From positions 6,402-70,401 of the forward strand of contig JAGLWT010000090.1 in the NCBI GenBank assembly GCA_023133295.1: a stretch of 64,000 nucleotides of DNA, written 5' to 3'. Every line of letters starts with the position of its first letter. Within the stretch, counting starts at the first letter, position 1. A program made the translations under genes and the position numbers. The stretch comes from a bacterium (GTDB taxonomy: Bacteria; AUK180). Below are positions 59,207 through 64,000 of this stretch, one piece after another. Under the pieces are notes generated by a model. The model made no database searches. It was not told the DNA's origin and worked only from the letters and a program-made list of their open reading frames with translations.

Positions 59207-60337
59207 ATGAACAGCGGCATTAAAATCAGCGTAGATTGCGGCTTTACAAAGATCTATGTGATCGGTGTCGGAGGTGAAGGCGGAAATGCCATCAATCTCT
59301 TTAAGAAACAGCACCCGGACCAGAGTATCAAGACCATTGCGGTCAATACCGATAATCAGGATCTGGAAAAAAGCCTTGCAGATGAAACACTGCTTCTGGG
59401 TAGAGAAATTACCAATGGTAGAGGAACCGGCGCCAATCCGACCGTGGCTGAAGACATCGCGGAGAAGGAGATCGAACGCATCGAAGAAATGGTGGCGGAT
59501 GCGGATATGGTCATCATTTGTGCCGGCCTTGGCGGCGGCACCGGCTCGGGCGTATCACCCGTGATCGCTAGGGCAGCAAAGAAACGCGGTGTGCTTACAC
59601 TGTCTGTCGTCACCGTTCCCTTCGCATTCGAAGGGGGAATGAAGATCAAGATAGCAAAGGACTATCTCCAGAAATTGAAAGAGCTCTCCGATTCGGTGAT
59701 AGTCATACCGAATTGGAAATTGATCAAGGAAAAAGGCCTTGGAATGAAGAAGGCATTCGAGTGGGGCAATGAGATCTTTTCAACCTCTATACAAGTGATC
59801 TCGGACATCATCAACAGCGCTCAGCTCATGAATGTGGATTTTGAAGATATAAAGACTGTTCTGAAGGACTCCAAGGAGGCCTATATATCAATGGCGAAGA
59901 TCACAAAGAACATGGAATCCACAGGCCGTGCCAAAGGGGAGGTCCTTGTTGAGGAGCTGATGAATTTCCCGCTGATCGATGCGGATACCATAAAGAATAT
60001 CTCAAAGGCGGTACTCTTTATTGAAATGGATGAGAATGAAGACGCTACTATCATGGATGAAGTGCAGGCAAGTATCATGCAATATATCAAACCCAATTCC
60101 CTGATCATTCCCGGGATGGATTTGAAGGAGAGCTTCAACGAAGTCCGCTTGACGCTGATAGCCGGAGATTTTGAAAGAGAAGACAGCGAATACTATTTTT
60201 CAGGCATCACAGATGTCGGGACCACCAAGGGGAATATCTTCCAATTCCACAATAAAAAGGTAGCGAATGATACGAATCCCTCGAATCTCTTTACAAAGGA
60301 CATGCTTCCTCCTTCTATGAGCAGCGATATAGATTAA
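59207..60337 (+). CDS. ftsZ: cell division protein FtsZ (divergent)
   Basis: GVGGEGGNA, AVNTD, GLGGGTGSG, PFAFEG, NVDFED. Confidence 0.93.
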   Translation: MNSGIKISVDCGFTKIYVIGVGGEGGNAINLFKKQHPDQSIKTIAVNTDNQDLEKSLADETLLLGREITNGRGTGANPTVAEDIAEKEIERIEEMVADADMVIICAGLGGGTGSGVSPVIARAAKKRGVLTLSVVTVPFAFEGGMKIKIAKDYLQKLKELSDSVIVIPNWKLIKEKGLGMKKAFEWGNEIFSTSIQVISDIINSAQLMNVDFEDIKTVLKDSKEAYISMAKITKNMESTGRAKGEVLVEELMNFPLIDADTIKNISKAVLFIEMDENEDATIMDEVQASIMQYIKPNSLIIPGMDLKESFNEVRLTLIAGDFEREDSEYYFSGITDVGTTKGNIFQFHNKKVANDTNPSNLFTKDMLPPSMSSDID

Positions 60338-60338
60338 T

Positions 60339-61709
60339 ATGTGGAAAAGGCGCCTGGAACTGACCAAACTCAAGGAAAAAGAGACATTGCTCTTTAGCAA
60401 AAAGGGTAATATGAAAACGAGAGCCGCACTCTTATATCCGGATTCCTACTACTCCGGCATCTCTTATCTCGGGTTTCAACAGGTTTACAGGTACCTTAAT
60501 GAAGAGGGCATAGCCGATACCGACAGGTATTTCTGGGAGAATGAAGATGACATGATCACAATGGACGGCTTCATGAATCTCAGCGATTTTCCTATTCTGC
60601 TTTTCTCTCTGCCCTATGCGAGTTATATGGATGGAGCGGTCAAACTCTTGAAGAAGGCCTCCATCACTTTAAATAAAAATGCGCGTCGAATGAACCCCGT
60701 AATTGTTGCCGGGGGGCCGGGATTGTGGTTAAATCCCTATCCCCTCGGCAACGTCATTGACCTTTTTGTATTCGGCGATATAGAAAATAAACTGGAGCCA
60801 TTCTTTGACGACCCCATTGGTTTTATTAAAAAGATCGATTCAGGCGAATTGAAGATACCCGGGCTTCTGACACGCCTTCCGGAGAAGAGAGAACATCTCT
60901 TAAAGGAGATCACATACACTTCAATAGATTCCCCCCCTCCACATTCCGCGATACTGACGGAGGAATCCTTTTTCGCGAATATGTTCCTGGTGGAATTGGG
61001 CAAGGGCTGCGTGAACAACTGCTCCTTTTGTACCGTCCCGCGCATTTATCATCAGCGCATATTCAGAAAAGTAAGTGATATTATCAAAGCCATCGACTAC
61101 GGTTCGAAATACACAAAAAGAATAGGGTTGATATCTTCAATGGTGTTGGAGCATCCCGGCATTCAAGAAATACTGGAGCATTGCAAAAGCCGTGATCTGG
61201 AGGTTTCCACCTCTTCTCTTTCTGTCATGGGCATAAACGAGCCGTTGGCAAAATTGCTAAATGAAACCGGTAATAAGAGCATAACACTGGCACTTGAATC
61301 GCTATGTGAAAAAGCAAGGATCAAGGCGGGTAAGCCCTTTACAGATGAGCAGTTTCTGGCTAAATTGGAAATGGTTCTCAATTCCGGAATAAAGAAAATA
61401 AAGATCTATCTTATACTCGGCTTGCCGGGCGATAAGGAGGATGCTGAAAAACAGGACAAATTATGGAGTGATATGCTGAAGCTTGCAAAAAGCCGGGGCG
61501 GAAGATTTCACTTCAGCGTAAATCCTCTTATACCGATGCCGTTCACGCCGATGGAAAAACTCAGAATGATGAATAAAAATGAAATAAAAAAGACATACAA
61601 GGCATTCAAAACAAGGTTCAGCGGTGCCGATATTCGTTTTGAATCTGTTAACGATGCCATAAGGGGCCATAGACTGGCCTTCTCCAGGGAGGACCTTCTT
61701 GAAAATTAA
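60339..61709 (+). CDS. radical SAM protein
   Basis: VELGKGCVNNCSFC; IVAGGP; KIYLILGLP; PMPFTP. Confidence 0.88.
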   Translation: MWKRRLELTKLKEKETLLFSKKGNMKTRAALLYPDSYYSGISYLGFQQVYRYLNEEGIADTDRYFWENEDDMITMDGFMNLSDFPILLFSLPYASYMDGAVKLLKKASITLNKNARRMNPVIVAGGPGLWLNPYPLGNVIDLFVFGDIENKLEPFFDDPIGFIKKIDSGELKIPGLLTRLPEKREHLLKEITYTSIDSPPPHSAILTEESFFANMFLVELGKGCVNNCSFCTVPRIYHQRIFRKVSDIIKAIDYGSKYTKRIGLISSMVLEHPGIQEILEHCKSRDLEVSTSSLSVMGINEPLAKLLNETGNKSITLALESLCEKARIKAGKPFTDEQFLAKLEMVLNSGIKKIKIYLILGLPGDKEDAEKQDKLWSDMLKLAKSRGGRFHFSVNPLIPMPFTPMEKLRMMNKNEIKKTYKAFKTRFSGADIRFESVNDAIRGHRLAFSREDLLEN

Positions 61710-62535
61710 GTATTATTTATTAGTATCAATGTTATTGTCACTGCTCATTTTTGCAGATTCGGGTATTTTCATTACGGGCGGAGTTCCCATAGTTACGGCG
61801 GGTATGGGCGGCGAGAACTTCAATCCTTCATACTCCATTTCGATGAAGGGGCTGAAATTCAGCGCGACCTCTGATTTCAACTCAGAGGAAAGACATCAGA
61901 TCGATCTTTCATTATCATTGCAGAATGCCGTGTCGGTATTTACGATCAAATACGAAGACCGCCTGACATCCCGTAAAGTACTTCGATTCCAATGGGCGGT
62001 GCCGCTTTCAGAAACAATGATAGTCGGCCTTGGTGCCAGGAATTACTTCTCCGATAAGAACGCATTTACATTTGATGCCGGCTTTTTAATGGAGAAGGAC
62101 TGGTATGCCTATGGGGTCGCGGTCCTGAATATCGGAGGCCTGGGAGTCTCAAAGAACTTTGCGCAGGATTTTATCAAAGGAATATTTCCATTCATCAATG
62201 ATCCCGCGCTGAATTATTTTGATGCTGATGACAATCGCTTAAAGCAGGGGCTTATGACGCATTTTATGTTCAACAATGAAAAATATTATCTTGGAATGCA
62301 GGTCAATAATTATGTTTCCTCAATTGAAGACCTGAAGGAATTCGGCTGGGGGAATATCAAATGGGGAGTTCTGTACAAGCTTCCTGATGGGAGCTATTTA
62401 GGTTTCGGTCAGAATTCTCATTTCAATTCTGCCGGAGCGGGTTTCGTACTCAAAAAACTTCATGTGGATTATGCCTTTCTCTGGCTGGGAAAGGATTTCA
62501 CATATCATATGATCACTATGTCTGTATCTCTTTAA
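61699..62535 (+). CDS. putative outer-membrane beta-barrel protein
   Basis: signal peptide; alternating aromatic strands FTFDAG, GAGF, VDYAF. Confidence 0.6.
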   Translation: MKIKYYLLVSMLLSLLIFADSGIFITGGVPIVTAGMGGENFNPSYSISMKGLKFSATSDFNSEERHQIDLSLSLQNAVSVFTIKYEDRLTSRKVLRFQWAVPLSETMIVGLGARNYFSDKNAFTFDAGFLMEKDWYAYGVAVLNIGGLGVSKNFAQDFIKGIFPFINDPALNYFDADDNRLKQGLMTHFMFNNEKYYLGMQVNNYVSSIEDLKEFGWGNIKWGVLYKLPDGSYLGFGQNSHFNSAGAGFVLKKLHVDYAFLWLGKDFTYHMITMSVSL

Positions 62536-62538
62536 GAG

Positions 62539-62670
62539 TTAGGGACGGTGGTTGACAGTGTTGACAGTTTGGTGAGCCGTATTCTTCTTTATCTGATTAG
62601 TCGTGGATATACCGGGAATTCAGAAATTTATTAATATTCAACTGTAAACACTGTCAACCACCGTCCCTAA
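62539..62670. mobile_element. 132-bp MITE/REPIN-like element with 31-bp terminal inverted repeats
   Basis: ttagggacggtggttgacagtgttgacagtt / aactgtaaacactgtcaaccaccgtccctaa, 1 mismatch. Confidence 0.85.
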
Positions 62671-62750
62671 GATTAACGGCCTTAAGACCATACCGGTCAA
62701 AGAAGATACGGGTTGCGTCATTCCTATCGGCAGCGAGAAAGGATTTGCAG

Positions 62751-62912
62751 ATGGACGGGAAATCATTGGATATTACTGAAAATAGGTTAGAAAAGTTAAG
62801 AGAATATTTTCCAGATGCATTTACCGAAGGAAAGGTTGATTGGGATAAACTGAAAGCCGCTCTTGGTGATGATATAGAATACAAAGATGAGAGATATCTT
62901 CTATCGGGTTAA
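62751..62912 (+). pseudogene. N-terminal relic of a type III R-M Mod methyltransferase
   Basis: MDGKSLDITENRLEKLREYFPDAFTEGKVDWDKLKAALGDDIEYKDERY then stop; AAAGGA RBS. Confidence 0.75.
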
Positions 62913-62939
62913 TACTTGACTTTTGCAGCTACCGTTCTT

Positions 62940-63611
62940 TTAATTAGAAGATCTACCGTCCTCACTCTTTTCTAAGAAAAGCACTTCGCCTGTCGTTCTG
63001 TCCTTTATCTCAAGCAGCAACTGCTTTCCTCCATCCATATGGAATTCTATGTCCAATTTACTTAAATGAATATCATTCATAGGGAAGGTAGTGCTTTTCA
63101 GCCTTTTCTCCCATATGGTATTCCCTGAACCCTTTCTATAGAGCACGATGAGGAGTTCGTTATTGTTCTCATAGATAAATGTCCTGAAAAAGTGATCATT
63201 ATCCACTTTCCCGACACTCTTGGGCATTCTTCCGGGAATAGCAAAATCGACTCCATGCTTGTCCATAAGAGAAAAAAGGCCCTGGCCGGTGATGAATCCG
63301 ATAAGAAGAACGATCACAGTGATCTTCAACGGCTTTGGGATATGGCTTCTGATCATTGCCCAGAGAATATTCAGCGTCGAGAAATAGAAGAACATATTGA
63401 TCAATTGGTCGGAGAGAACTCCCCTGAGAGAGTATCCTGAATAATAGATACCCAAGATCACGATGCTTACTGCCAAATATACATAAACGAGCTTCCGTAC
63501 AAGAAATCTTCTGTTCAGGAGGAAATAATGGAGATAAAATGACAGTATCGGCATCCAGAACATGAATATCCATTGCAGTAAAAGAATTTTGAATCTAGTA
63601 TTCGGGTCCAT
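62940..63611 (-). CDS. hypothetical membrane protein
   Basis: probable start MDPNTRF just after TGGTACATT; 4 TM plus soluble C-terminus; the ORF-track 5' extension looks non-coding. Confidence 0.6.
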   Translation of the reverse strand: MDPNTRFKILLLQWIFMFWMPILSFYLHYFLLNRRFLVRKLVYVYLAVSIVILGIYYSGYSLRGVLSDQLINMFFYFSTLNILWAMIRSHIPKPLKITVIVLLIGFITGQGLFSLMDKHGVDFAIPGRMPKSVGKVDNDHFFRTFIYENNNELLIVLYRKGSGNTIWEKRLKSTTFPMNDIHLSKLDIEFHMDGGKQLLLEIKDRTTGEVLFLEKSEDGRSSN

Positions 63612-63852
63612 TGATTCAATGTACCATATTAATGATAAAAAAAGCAAGCTTTCTATCGGTGTACTGTGTTTTTGAAACAGTACACTGGCACAGCGTACGC
63701 CCGATTTATCAAGTATTTTCCGGAATTCCCTTTCATTTACAAATTCACTACAGAGAATGCTATACATTTGTATCGACGAAATTCGCATGATTTCATTGAG
63801 AAAATACTTACAATATGATAAAACCAGATGCGGATAATGAGGGATTATATAA

Positions 63853-64000
63853 ATGGACAAGAAATTAAAGGATACAACTGAAGATATATTGAATAAGTTT
63901 AGGGAGATTATTCCTGGGGCATTCAAAAAAAATATTTCAAAAGAGATATTTCAAGGAATTATCCCTTTCGATGTTGAAAGGTTCATAACGGGTATTTTGT
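63853..64000 (+). CDS. partial ORF with Mod-like N-terminus, runs off the window
   Basis: MDKKLKDTTEDILNKFREIIPGAF resembles the 62751 relic; GAGGGG RBS. Confidence 0.4.
   Translation, partial: MDKKLKDTTEDILNKFREIIPGAFKKNISKEIFQGIIPFDVERFITGIL

Noticed and set aside
1-64000. CRISPR array, tRNA or rRNA genes
   Set aside because: Repeats are neither constant-length nor regularly spaced with unique spacers; no cas, tRNA or rRNA signature was recognised.

Overview
The window has three parts. (1) 1-9.2 kb: housekeeping-type genes: dinB, a membrane protein, a GAF/HD-GYP phosphodiesterase and a TatT-associated TRAP (TPAT) transporter. (2) About 9.2-39.8 kb: a visibly AT-rich accessory/defence region of about 30 mostly co-oriented, unrelated genes (Fic, two AlbA_2/HATPase/wHTH proteins, four-helix-bundle protein, type IIG/ISP-like N6-MTase-nuclease, two TIR proteins, AbiJ-like protein, caspase-like protease, split AlbA_2 pair, GIY-YIG, AAA ATPase, many orphan membrane proteins). 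(3) 39.8-64 kb: PilZ, lipA, a complete mraZ-ftsZ dcw cluster, a radical SAM gene and type III Mod relics. The most striking signal is in the intergenic DNA, which is built from a small set of reshuffled modules: a same-orientation GGTACCTGGTCTTTATTTTTTATTTGAATTGAACTT site after many genes, portable promoter/RBS/N-terminus modules, GGGGACGGT-type element ends, GTAG- and CGTC-type REP palindromes, 7-8 bp tandem repeats bounded by GCGAAGC, and repeated copies of the 3' tail of the methyltransferase that each precede a different defence-like gene. Together this resembles an integron-like cassette array, but there are no attC sites and no integrase in the window. All family calls are by-eye motif recognition, not database searches.
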